From: Mobula birostris
Taxonomy: Eukaryota
Length of the DNA: 64,000 nucleotides
Assembly: GCF_030028105.1 (NCBI RefSeq)
Contig: NC_092376.1
Span: forward strand, 103,972,230 to 104,036,229
Direction: 5' to 3'
Positions 10,906 through 22,576 of the stretch are shown piece after piece. A program made the translations under genes and the position numbers. How positions within the stretch are numbered: position 1 is the stretch's first letter; the number at the start of each line of letters is the position of its first letter. The notes beneath the pieces were generated by a model. That model was not told the DNA's origin, made no database searches, and saw nothing but the letters and a program-made list of their open reading frames with translations.

Positions 10906-12942
10906 GTACCACCTGTCTGATGGTAGGAGTAAGAAGAATGCATGGCCTAGATGTCCTTAATGATGGATGCTGTATTCTTGTGGCAGAGTTCCTTGTAAAT
11001 GTGTTCTATGATGGGAGGGCTTTGCTTATAGTGGACTGTGTTGTATCCAATACTTTTTGTAGACTTATCCATTCTGGCATTGATGTTTCCATACCAGGCT
11101 GTGATGTCACCAGTCATGATGCTCTCCACTGTGCACTTAGAGATGTTTGTCAAAGTTTTGGATGATATGCGAAACATATGCAAACTTATAAGAAAGTGTA
11201 AACATTGTCATGTCTTTTTTGTGACCCCGGACAGATCCTTTGATATGATAATACCCAGGAATTTAAATTTATTAACCATTTCCAAAGTAATGTCATGTTG
11301 AATACAATGTTCCCTTTATGAATGAATGAACTTTATGTTCTCTAATCACAATCTGAATGTGTTCTTTTGGATCACATTTCCAAGACAAATCTCAAGGTTG
11401 TATACTATATACAAACTTCGATAATAAATGAACTTTGAACTGTGGGTTGCATAATGCAGCTTGTTGTTCTTGTTTGAACATCTGAGGCATTGTGGCCACT
11501 GTAATGTGGTTTGTATTGCATGTGAACCTCCACCACAAACCAAGTGGAGCCTCTCTGTGTAGAGTCAAGTGTCACAATTTGCAGGAGTTGGCACACGTTG
11601 GCATTTTATGATACAAATACTACAGGAAAGAAACAGTCTGGCACTATTTTGGACTTTAGTGTAAGACTGGCAGAAATGTGTTCAATATTGGATGTACTCC
11701 TATTAATGCCCCAAAATATTTCACTCATTTTTTTGTTTACATGTTATGTTGGAGCATTAAAAAAAATTCCAGTGAACCAAGTGTGTTTAAAGGTATAGTG
11801 AGAAACAGAACCCCTGTATGTTTAAACAGAGTGTGAGAAATGAGCGAGGTGCAAACAGATTTAGGATTGACTCTACGTTATTTCCTGAGATCACTCTGAT
11901 TTAGTTCAACAGCCCCCTGAGATGTTTTTAAATTTAAAAGAAAAGGAATTTGCCCTTGAAAGGGATTTTGTAAGTGAAAGAAGGAAATCCTCAACTTATA
12001 TTTTACCTTTCAGTGTATGGTCCCAGAATGGCAAGCACTTTATAGCTAGTGTAAAGAAATATACCAGTTGTACCTGGTGTTTAAGTGAGCAAATATTTAT
12101 CAAAACTGTAGTTCCATATTAAAAGGCAATGTTGTGTAAATTCATTTAAGGTACCTAATAAATAACATATTAGCATATTTGAAGGTAAATCACTGCATAT
12201 TCTGAATTTAAGTCAAAAGCAACCAGGTACTTTGTAATAATGAAATGAATAGAATGGACTTGAACAAGAAACTACTTGAACAAGTGTATGTGTTTTTATT
12301 TTAAAGCAGTTTCCCTTTTTGTATGTTCACACAATGTTAAAGGATGTGTCTTTGTTAAACATTATCATGGGTGCATAAGAGAAGTAGTCATATTGTATTT
12401 CCTTTGCTTAGTAAGGAAATCAATAGAGAGCTAGTTTCTTTTTATTCATAGCCATTAGAATTTTGTACTATAAGAACATCTTAGATGTTGCTGAATTTAT
12501 TCAATCAATGAAATTACATGATTATAGACACAAACTTCAGAAGCATTTTCATCTAAAACACTTCCATGACCATCACCTCAGTCTCATACACAAATCAGCA
12601 AGAAAGTTGACCAAAATGATATATTTGCATAAAGCAATAAGAAAGCCCAATAAGTGAAACAGAAACAATCCTAAGAATTGGGCATGGACTTGAAAGCTTC
12701 TTAAATGTGTTACCCCATTCAAAAATCATAACTTTTACAATTTACTCTTCTAACCTATCCCCACAAACCACTGATTTGTTTAAAAAAAAATCTTGAATAG
12801 ATTAACTGAACCATGCCTCAAATGTAAGCCTGATTAGACATGGGAAGCTCCCAAAAGCAACAATGTATTGAAAGTCAAGTAATTGACACTTCTGAAACTG
12901 AGGGAGAATTCACCATGTCATCAGAAATCATTATTTCCTGCA

Positions 12943-13507
12943 GAGCATGAAGAAAGCTCACCTCTGTTCCAGGATACTGTCGGACTTTTACCGCTGTACC
13001 ATTGAGAGCATACTCACCAACTGCATCTCAGTGTGGTATGGCACTTGTCCCGTATCAGACAGCAAAGCACTCCAGCGCGTGGTGAAAACTGCCTAGCGGA
13101 TTATTGGCACCCAATTGCCCACCTTTGAGAACATCTACCATAAACGCTGCCTGGGCAAGGCGAAAAGCATTATCAGGGATGCATCTCACCCTAACCATGG
13201 ACTTTTTACTCTCCTCCCATCTGGTAGGTGCTACAGGAGCCTCCGCTCCCACACCAGCAGGCACAGGAAGAACTTCTTCCCTGAGGCTGTGACACTGCTG
13301 AACCTCTCATCACAGCGTTAAGCAGTATTGCACCCATATTATACTGTCTCAGTACTTTTATATTTGTGTGCTGTAGCACTTTTTTTATTCGCAGTTATTT
13401 TGTAAATTACACTATTCTTTGCATTTCTGGTCAGATGCTAAATGTATTTCATTGGCTTTGTATCCGTACTCGGCACAATGACAATGAAGTTGAATCTAAT
13501 CTAATAA
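12943..13507 (+). mobile_element. Rex1/Babar LINE 3' fragment
   Basis: FYRCTIESILTNCISVWYG..HPNHGLFTLLPSGRCYRS, ending in the tail GTTGAATCTAATCTAAT. Confidence 0.88.
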
Positions 13508-14316
13508 TTGACCCTGGATTTGTATCCTTTGGACTCTTGAGTGGATTTGAAATCGGAATCTATTAACCTCATGAGAGCAGAGCCATTTGAAAGAAAACTG
13601 AAACATTAAAAAAAAACACTTGAATTTTCTAGCGATGCCATTGAGAAAAATGTATAATTGTTCAGGGTTTGTATTGGAAGCCTGAATTTGAACTTGGAGA
13701 GTGATTTATCATCTTCACCTTGTTTTCATGTGGACGAATGATTAGCATGGGTATATGAATGAATTAGGGTTAAAATTAATTTGATTAGATTGCATTTCAT
13801 ACTAATGCTTTTGTAAATTAAAACAATACCATAACAGGATATAATTTAAATTTTTAATTTCTGTGTTTTATTCCAATACAGTTAGTTGGGTTAGTTTGCC
13901 AAGGATGAGATGGCACATCAAAGACTTAAAGCATTAAAGTGTAGCTTCAATTTAAAGTAATGATTTGGAAGCTATATAAGCTATATTTCTTTTCTGACAA
14001 AGGGTGGATCATTGTGTAAGTTGCAACTTTTGATCTGTATTGGAAGGTATTACAAACATTCCAGCAGTAAGTGATGTTATTTCTGAATAACTGGTTTGGA
14101 TTCATCTTGCACTTCATTACTGAATTGGGTTTTTTGCATGCTGTTAACTGACTAATTTTAGAATATTGATTAGTCTTGCATATTCTGTAATTTGAGACAA
14201 ATATCTATGGAGTTCCTACACTCTGGTTTAAGTAGGTGAAAGTTATGCTGCTTTACAAAGCAGTACTGGTAATTGGATAACTTTCAAACAGAGCAAACCA
14301 AGTAATAAAACCTATT

Positions 14317-14497
14317 CAACAACACACAAAATGTTGGAGGAACTCAGCAGGCCAGGCAGCATCTATGGGGGGAGGGCTGGGAGGAGAAGAAAAAAAGTAC
14401 TTTTCTTCCATAGGTGCTGCCTGGCCTGCTAGGTTCCCCCAGCATTTTGTTTGTGTGTGTGTTGCTCAGATTTTCAGCATCTGCAGATTTTCTCTTT
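14317..14497. mobile_element. Inverted-repeat PLE mini-element (hammerhead deleted) with 15-bp TSD
   Basis: Arms GCAGGCCAGGCAGCATCTATGG and CCATAGGTGCTGCCTGGCCTGC. TSD GTAATAAAACCTATT (14302-14316) and GTAATTAAACCTATT (14498-14512). Confidence 0.75.
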
Positions 14498-14513
14498 GTA
14501 ATTAAACCTATTA

Positions 14514-16812
14514 TCATCTACCACTACAGGTCACAGTGGGTGAACATCTGGGGGACAGTGACCACCGCTCCCTGGCCCTTAACATTATCATGGAAGAGGA
14601 TAGAATCAGAGGGGACAGGAAAATTTTTAATTGGGGAGGGGCAAACAATGAGGCTATAAGGCTAGAACTTGCGGCTGTGAATTGGGATGATATTTTTGCA
14701 GGGAAGTGTTCTATGGACATGTGGTCGATGTTTAGGGATCTCTTGCAGGATGTTAGGGATAAATTTGTCCCAGTGAGGAAGATAAAGAATGGTAAGGTGA
14801 AGGAACCATGGGTGACAAGTGAGGTGGAGAATCTAGTCAGGTGGAAGAAGACAGCATACATGAGGTTTAGGAAGCAAGGATCAGATGGGTCTATTGAGGA
14901 ATATAGGGTAGCAAGAAAGGAGCTTAAGAAGGGGCTGAGGAGCAAGAAGGGGGTATGAGAAGGCCTTGGCAAGTAGGGTAAAGGAAAACCCCAAGGCATT
15001 CATTTATGTGAAGAACAAAAGGATGACAGGAGTGAAGATAGGACGGATTAGAGATAAAGATGGGAAAGTGTGCCTGGAGGCTGTGGAAGTGAGCGAGGTC
15101 CTCAATGAATACTTCTTCGGTATTCACCGATGAGAGGGAACTTGATGGTGGTGAGGACAATTCTTCGGTATTCACCGATGAGAGGGAACTTGATGATGAG
15201 TGAGGTTGATGTTCTGGAGCATGTTGATATTAAGGGAGGGGAGGTGTTGGGGTTGTTAAAATATATTCGGACGGATAAGTCCCCGGGGCCTGACGGAATA
15301 TTCCCTAGGCTGCTCCATGAGGCAAGGGAAGAGATTGCTGAGCCTCTGGTTAGGATCTTTATGTCCTCGTTGTCCACGGGAATGGTACCGGAAGATTGGA
15401 GGGAGGTGAATGTTATCCCCTTGTTCAAAAAAGGTGGTAGGGATAGTCCGGGTAATTATAGACCAGTGAGCCTCACGTTTGTGGTGGGAAAGCTGTTGGA
15501 AAAGATTCTTAGAGATAGGATCTATGGGCATTTAGAGAATCGTGGTCTGATCAGGGACAGTCAGCATGGCTTTGTGAAGGGCAGATCATGTCTAGCAAGC
15601 CTCATAGAGTTCTTTGAGGAGGTGACCAGGCATATAGATGAGGGTAGTGCAGTGGATGTGATCTACATGGATTTTAGTAAGGCATTTGACAAAGTTCCAC
15701 ACGGTAGGCTTATTCAGAAAGTCAGAAGGCATGGGATCCAGAGAAGTTTGGCCAGGTGGATTCAGAATTGGCTTGCCTGCAGAAAGCAGAGGGTCGTGGT
15801 GGAGGGAGTACATTCGGACTGGAGGGTTGTGACTAGTGGTGTCCCACAAGGGTTGGTTCTGGAACCTCTACTTTTCGTGATTTGTATTAACGACCTGGAT
15901 GTCGGGGTAGAAGGGTGGGTTGGCAAGTTTGCAGACGATACAAAGGTTGGTGGTGTTGTGGATAGTGTAGAGGATTGTCGAAGATTGCAGAGAGACATTG
16001 ATAGGATGCAGAAGTGGGCTGAGAAGTGGCAGATGGAGTTCAACCCGGAGAAGTGTGAGGTGGTACACCTTGGAAGGACAAACTCCAAGGCAGAGTACAA
16101 AGTAAATGGCAGGATACTTGGTAGTATGGAGGAGCAGAGGGATCTGGGGGTACATGTCCACAGATCCCTGAAAATTGCCTCACAGGTAGATAGGGTAGTT
16201 AAGAAAGCTTGTGGAGTGTTAGCTTTCATAAATCGAGGGATAGAGTTTGAGTCATAGGGTAATGATACAGCTCTGTAAAACTCTGGTGAGGCCACGCTAG
16301 GAGTACTGTGTCCATTTCTGGTCGCCTCATTATAGGAAGGATGTGGAAGCATTGGAAAAGGTACAGAGGAGATTTACCAGGATGCTGCTTGGATTAGAGA
16401 GTATGCATTATGATCAGAGATTAAGGGAACTAGGACTTTACTCTTTGGAGAGGAGGAGGATGAGAGGAGACATGATAGAGGTATACAAGGTATTAAGAGG
16501 AATAGATAGAGTGGACAGCCAGCGCCTCTTCCCCAGGGCACCACTGCTCAGTACAAGAGGACATGGCTTTAAGGTAAGGGGTGGGAAGTTCAAGGGGGAT
16601 ATTAGAGGAAGGTTTTTTACTCAAGAGAGTGGTTGGTGTGTGGAATGCACTGCCTGAGTCAGTGGTGGAGGCAGATACACTAGTGAAATTTAAGAGTCTA
16701 CTGGACAGGTATATGGAGGAATTTAAGGTGGGGGGGTTATACGGGAGGCAGGGTTTAAGGGTTGGCGCAACATTGTGGGCTGAAGGGCCTGTACTGTGCT
16801 GTACTGTTCTAT
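14514..16812 (+). mobile_element. CR1-clade LINE, 5'-truncated, 2.3 kb (end of APE endonuclease, RT, 3'UTR)
   Basis: HLGDSDH (endonuclease C-terminus), full RT, C-terminal RRMRGDMIEVYK..TRGH, tail GGGCCTGTACTGTGCTGTACTGTTCTAT. Several frameshifts. Confidence 0.95.
15130..16257 (+). pseudogene. CR1 ORF2 reverse transcriptase domain (frameshift-bounded fragment)
   Basis: KSPGPDGI, NYRPVSLT, QHGF, DFSKAFDKVPH, SGVPQG, KFADD, WQMEFNPEKC. Confidence 0.92.
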
Positions 16813-18041
16813 AATGTCTGAAAATATATGGAACAATAATGCCATTTTTATGCTTCTGTAATAGTTGCAGTGTCTTTTCAGTACTAGCTTAAAAACTAAA
16901 GGAATCAAAGGTAAAAGGGAGAATGGATTGAAGCAGTAGGTCTTGCGCCATGTATCTATTGGACTAATTTAAGAATGCAACTCATAGAGCAACATGGATA
17001 ATCTATTTCATGCAATGTACTTTAAGTCTTTGTAAGTGTGGTTTATATGGGGAAAAACAAGGGTCAAAGAAGAAATTAAATAATTGTGTTGAAAAGAGTC
17101 AGTAATTGGAAGTGGGCAGTAATACTATGACTTGTGGATTTCTGTGGGGTTTCAGCCTATGCTCTTTGTTTTCATAAGTGAACTGGACCAAAATTGTGCT
17201 TGGTATTCTCAGAAAATTATTAAATGAACATCTATGTTATGTAATAGGAATTGGACCCAGTTAAATTGATAATCTAAGGGTCAATTGATGAAATGGAGGA
17301 TTGTTTTCAGCAGGAAAAGAACATGATGAATATAATGTTGTGGTGGTTGGAAACTTACTTGGTGATCACTCTTTTAATCACTTCCTCCAGTTAAAGTAGA
17401 AAATACATTAATTACACCCCATGAAATATCTATCTGTGACATTGTGGGTTATGAGATGTATTATAAAGTCATTTTGCTGTTCGATTGTTATGAAGTATTC
17501 AAGCTTTAATGTCATTAAGAACATTTGAAATAAGTTTAATCAACACCTCTAGTTTGCATTATGCTTTTGTTTTACTTTGATGCTTGAGATACAAGAGTAG
17601 TCTATTTGAAATTATTGTGTATATCCCATTAACTGCATAATAAATGGATCTATTAATCAGGATAGCATGTTAAGCTAATTACGTTAAAATGGGATGCAAA
17701 GCAAGTTAGAAAATAGAATTCATCAAATTAGTTAAAGGCAAAGTTCTTTGAATATTCCACTAAATATGTTAATATATTAGCAGCAACTAATGAGCCTTGA
17801 TTTGTATTTGTGAATTTATAACAGGAATGTGCATTTTATAATATACTTTTTTATATTGATTAAGACACAAGCTGCAAAAACTATTGGCAGTGGGTATGCT
17901 GAGTTTATTTTTAAGTTAAATAGATTCAATGAAAGAACGTAATTGGCCTTAATTTAAGTAAATAGGTTTGAAAAATGTGTCAATTGCTCAGTCTTTACTG
18001 TGTCTCATTTGCAGTTAAGCAGTCAACAGGAGGAAGAGTGC

Positions 18042-18279
18042 AAACAACAAGAATTCTGCAGATGCTGGAAATTCAAGCAACACACATCAAAGTTGCTGGT
18101 GAACGCAGCAGGCCAGGCAGCATCTCTAGGAAGAGGTACAGTTGAAGTTTCAGGCCGAGACCCTTCGTCAGGACTAACGAAGTCCTGACGAAGGGTCTCG
18201 GCCTGAAACGTCGACTGTACCTCTTCCTAGAGATGCTGCCTGGCCTGCTGCGTTCACCAGCAACTTTGATGTGTGTTGC
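18042..18279. mobile_element. Inverted-repeat PLE mini-element with hammerheads on both arms and 15-bp TSD
   Basis: 99-bp arms 18077-18175 and 18181-18279 (2 mismatches), 5-nt spacer, 35-bp unpaired tail at 18042-18076. TSD CAGGAGGAAGAGTGC (18027-18041) and CAGGAAGAAGAGTGC (18279-18293). Confidence 0.9.
18181..18216 (+). ncRNA. Minimal type I hammerhead ribozyme, intact core
   Basis: AGTC-CTGACGA-AGGGTCTCGGCCT-GAAACGTC-GACT, predicted cleavage after 18212. Confidence 0.8.
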
Positions 18280-19299
18280 AGGAAGAAGAGTGCGATAGCT
18301 GAGCCCAACGTGGTGCTTAGGAATAGGCTGAACGATTCTCAGCCATTTTCAGCCTGATATACCAACCCCAACTGGTGATTGGCACTGACTAATTCCTGAG
18401 ATCCACACCACCATAGATTAATTTAAGCAATAGAACTCTGAATAGAACAGGCATGGGCCTGGTATTCTACCTGTGATTTTTATTTTAAAAAGCTGTTTCT
18501 TTATCAAACTGTTTGATAATGGTTACAACATGGAACTTTGCTTGTAAACTGCAAAATTTTCCAGGCCTGCCTAAACGTACAAATCATAAATCATGTTAAC
18601 CTGTTCACAGCCAAAAACTTGCTCTTGATCATTTGCAGTGTAGTGAAAGCTATCCAAGTGTCACATTGTGCTTAGCAGTAACTTCCTAATGTTCAGTTTG
18701 AGGTCAGTCTGAATCTCTCTGCTTCATATGTCATTACTTGTGGGGGAAAAACACTGACATCCGGAGAAGTAGAAAGGGTAGTTGTTGCTTTGACTAAGAT
18801 TAACTTCAAGGAACTGTAGTACAATTGAAAGTAATTGTGAGTTTGTACAAGTTTTATATTAACTGATGTTCAAAGGCTTACTGTTGTAATCCTGATAAAC
18901 AGAAAAAGTATGGGATGTGATATCAAAGAAATCTCAGCAGAATTGCAATGAATTACGTAACTTGCATGCATTATCCACTACTGACAATGGAGAAAGTGAA
19001 TGAGGCTGATGAAAAGTATTCAAAAGCCTTTGTGACAATGCCTCAAATGCTCCATTATAGTTCCTGTTTAATTCTCATCCAGTCAGCAAATCAGTTCTAT
19101 TAGAGGTGGCACCACAGTGTTTATAGATACCTACTTTCTTGATTTGAAAATAAATCATGATTTGTTAATGCTGGATCAAAATCTTAGACGAATTTTTTTT
19201 GGAGTATTTTACCATTCAGTCTAGTGTCTCATAACATGCATTTATGACAAATTGCAACAAGGTTTGAGTATTCAACATTGATCTTGACAAAGATATTAG

Positions 19300-20915
19300 T
19301 GACAAGATGGCACCAATGAACAACACTACCAATGGTGAGGTCTTGCAGACAGTTCATGAAACTAATTTCAAATATGATTCTACTACTAAGCTGTGCGTGA
19401 TTGGAACCTGTGGATTACATTTTGGTGTGTTTTTGGACCAATCTAGCAATCTGGTGTTTTGCAGTCTTGGAGGGAGTTCAGTGAGATTTGAAGCAGAGGA
19501 TGCGGCCTGGAAATCTGGATGATCAACTCTGTTGCTACTCTGTTGGCATTGAGCAAGGTTGATGATGAGAGTGGATGATGGGTGGGTGTTTGGAGCTGTC
19601 TGCTTGTGTTTGACTGGTCTTCCTTTTCCTCTTGATAGCTGCTGTCGGAGGAAAGTACAGGAGCCTTGGGTTCTATGATGCAAGGATTGATTGGCGAGGA
19701 TATGGCCTTGATTTGGGGGACTTTGAGGTTAATGGTGCATGCATTTCTGGATTCTGGTTAAATTTTTTTGCTGCTTTTGATCGGGGTGATTGATACAGAT
19801 TAGGGCGCTTCACTGAAGAGTGGCTCTGGGTGCAGCCTGCAGTAGGCTAGCAGCATGACGCTGAACTGAATACAACTGGACTCTTGGTTTAATGTTTGAT
19901 ATTCTGTGTTGGCTCACTTTTTGCCATTTGTGCAATTTGTTCCTTTTTTGTACGTTGGATGTTTGATTTGTTAAACGGGTTCCATGGTTTTTCTTTGTTT
20001 TGTGGCTGTCTGCTGGAGGACGAATCTCAAAGTTGTATTCTGTGTTTCAAAGGTACATTTAATGTCGGAGAAATGTGTACAATATACATCCTGAAGTGCT
20101 TTTTCTTCACAGCCATCTATAAAAACAGAGGCGTGCTCCAAAGAATGAATGACAGTTAAATGTTAGAACCCCAAAGCCCGCCAGCTCCCCCCCCACCACG
20201 TGTTAGCAGCAGCAAAGCAACGATTCTCCCCTCCTCCACCAGCCAAAAAAAAAGCATTGGCACTCCCCCACCGAACACTCAAGCTTGCAGCAAAACATCA
20301 ATAAAGACAAACTTTGCAGTACCCCAAAGACTACTTGTTCATCCAGTAATTCAGCATACCACAGGCAATCTCTCTCTTTCCCTAATAAAGGAAAAAGAGT
20401 TGTCTCTGTTTCACAGCGAGAGGGGAGACATAACAAACAACTCGCTGATTTACAATGTTAAAAGTTCATTGCATCATATTTTTTTGAGCTTTGTGCCCGA
20501 AGAACTTGGGTATCTGGGCACACAGCCAGCAGCCAGCTCGCTGCTTTCGATCTTCCATCTCTCACGCCACACCGATTTCTTGCAGAGGCACTGACCTCGA
20601 ATCGGCTTGCTTCCAGAACCACGAAATCCTGAAACTCCGAAGGCGTGCTAATCTTCTAGGCCGCGTCCTTGGTGTATCGAATACCGGCCAGTGGTGAGAC
20701 CCGGACAGCAGGTCCCATTCCCGCAAAGAACTAAAGTCAGTGTGTCACTTCAGCTCAGGGTCTTCAAAAAAAAAAACACCCTGAAAGGAAAATATAAAGA
20801 TATTGAAGATAGAAATAGAGCTGTTTCTGAAGAAACAAGCAAAGAAGTTGCCGTTAGGCGCCTTTGTCTCCTAAGCTCTACCCCCTTTGATAATGAATGT
20901 ACTTTGAATCTTTTG
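19300..20915 (+). mobile_element. Non-coding CAAGATGG-initiated element, tail interrupted by a related element
   Basis: Starts CAAGATGGCACC (19303). The tail GACGAATCTCAAAGTTGTATT breaks at about 20045 and resumes at about 20880 as CTTTGATAATGAATGTACTTTGAATC. Confidence 0.6.
20046..20878 (-). mobile_element. Younger, CpG-retaining non-coding element, about 0.83 kb
   Basis: Minus strand begins GAGCTTAGGAGACAAAGGCGCCTAACGG and ends CACTTCAGGATGTATATTG..CATTAAATGTACCTTTGAAA, the same tail type as its host. Confidence 0.6.
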
Positions 20916-21194
20916 AATGTCAACGTTCCACAAATGAATGAGATATTGGGAATTCAAAAGCCCAAAATGAGTTGATCAAATGCTGAGATCCTTTCAAACA
21001 GGAAGAGAGTGATATCGATTGGAATTATTAAAGGATCTATAAGTAAGTAAAATTACACCACGTAAAGTGTTACGTAGCTAAAGGTAGAACTAGGATTGAA
21101 GGGCTGTCAGCGGAGCGAAATTTGGAGAACTAAAGGAAAGATTTTGTTATTTGGTTATAAAACTTAGGACATATACACTTTTTTTGAAGTATAA

Positions 21195-21512
21195 TAGTCA
21201 TACCACACAAAATCACGTCCAGTAGCCCACTGAGATGGCATCAAACATGAGACACAGTTTGCAGGAATCCTGTTCTTTTTATTTTCACCACTCCCATCAA
21301 TCCTCACTAATTGTACCATTCATCTACATACCTGGATAATTTATAGTGCTCAATTAACCTACCAGTTTTCACAGCTTTGTGATGTGGAGAAAACTGAGCA
21401 CCCAGAGCAAATCCTCATGGTCACATAGAGCACATGCAAATTTCATTCAGACGGCACTGGAGGTTGGGATTGGAGTTGCAGGAACCAAGGTAGTAGCTCT
21501 ATGAGATCTACT
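21195..21512 (-). mobile_element. V-SINE (HE1-like), degenerate
   Basis: V-domain-like CTTTGTGATGTGGAGAAAACTGAGCACCCAGAGCAAATCC..GGTCACA..ATGCAAA. Confidence 0.7.
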
Positions 21513-21540
21513 GAGGGAAATTTTAGTATATTAAGAAAAC

Positions 21541-21791
21541 TTCCACAAAGAGTACTGTAACAATTAAGCACTTTTAATAATTTTGTGGATAATTTTTCAC
21601 TAGAGCATTGAAGGTAACTTTCTGTCTTTTCCAAAGAGGTTGTATCTTTTACATCAACCTCATGAGAGCAGAAGTGTACTGCATTGAAGTGAGTCTGATT
21701 TTTGTGCTTGGTTCTTTGTAGTGAAACTTGTACTAAAACTTGTACTGATCTCCTGCTTGACAGAGTGCATCCTACTGAGCCACTTCAACAC
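21541..21791 (-). mobile_element. DeuSINE (SacSINE1/AmnSINE1-like), degenerate
   Basis: ATCTTTTACATCAACCT..GAGAGCAGA..GTACTGCATTGAAGTG..GATTTTTGTGCT..AGAGTGC..ACTGAGCCAC follows the antisense Deu domain and tRNA-like head as recalled. Confidence 0.6.
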
Positions 21792-22576
21792 GTAGTAGTT
21801 TTAAACTAAAGAAACTGGAAGATATGAAGGAGCAATGGTGTTTTTGAATCTTTATTGAATCTAAGCAATCAGTCAATGAAATTATACTGCAGTAAAGTAC
21901 CCTTAGTTAAGTAGAATTCTATACTTGCCATATGAACATGTTCTTTACTTTAGCCAGGCTGCATTCTGAATTGTGCATCGTATCGGTTTAGTCAGTAAAG
22001 TAGAGGCTATTTGTTGAACAGCCAATTTCCCAATGCTGAATTACATTAAACATGAAATGGATGTCTCACATCCTCTCACGAACTTAATCATTTGGCAGGA
22101 TCACAATCTTGACTCTAAATTTCAAAAGATCTATTGACCTTACCCTTGAACTTTTTCAATTAATCATAAACATTCCTTCGGGATGGCGAGTTGCGGAACT
22201 TCACAATTCCAAGTTAAGAATTGCTCTTAATGTTGGTCTCAAATGTCTGAGCCTCTTAATCCTGATACTATATTCCTGAGCTATAGGTTCTGTAGCGTAT
22301 AAAAATGGCATTCAGCCATCAATTTTATCAGTTGTGGGTAACAGTTCTCTATGACTGACTTCTTCCACTCTTGTTTCTCATTTGGAATAAAAGTAATCAT
22401 AGTTTTTCTGTTTGCTTACTATCTGCATCCTAACTTTATACTACTCATGGGTGAAGATACCAAGATTCTTTGATAAAGAGTATTTAATAATCACTCACTT
22501 TTCAATCAAGATCACTAACTTCACATTAATGTGCCTATTCTGCACTCTTTGTGTTCATCTGCTTTACTTGTCTATA

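Larger units (their letters stand above)
10068..11280 (-). mobile_element. Rex1 LINE 3' fragment hosting nested insertions
   Basis: ORF 10947-11183 gives KCTVESIMTGDITAWYGN..KNTASIIKD. The 3'UTR lies at 10068-10325. Confidence 0.75.

Noticed and set aside
15130-16257. 375-aa RT ORF as a functional or domesticated gene, or a prokaryotic retron/DGR-type RT
   Set aside because: It has typical CR1 ORF2 motifs, is bounded by frameshifts, and lies in a 5'-truncated copy with the normal CR1 tail.
15762-16352. Long antisense ORFs over CR1 (also 14514-14999 and 10371-10748)
   Set aside because: These are antisense shadows of LINE coding sequence with no independent support.
18027-18041. Each of the four PLE TSDs has exactly one mismatch, three of them 10 nt from the right end
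   Set aside because: The position is not consistent once element orientation is considered, one mismatch is a CpG transition, and four cases are too few.
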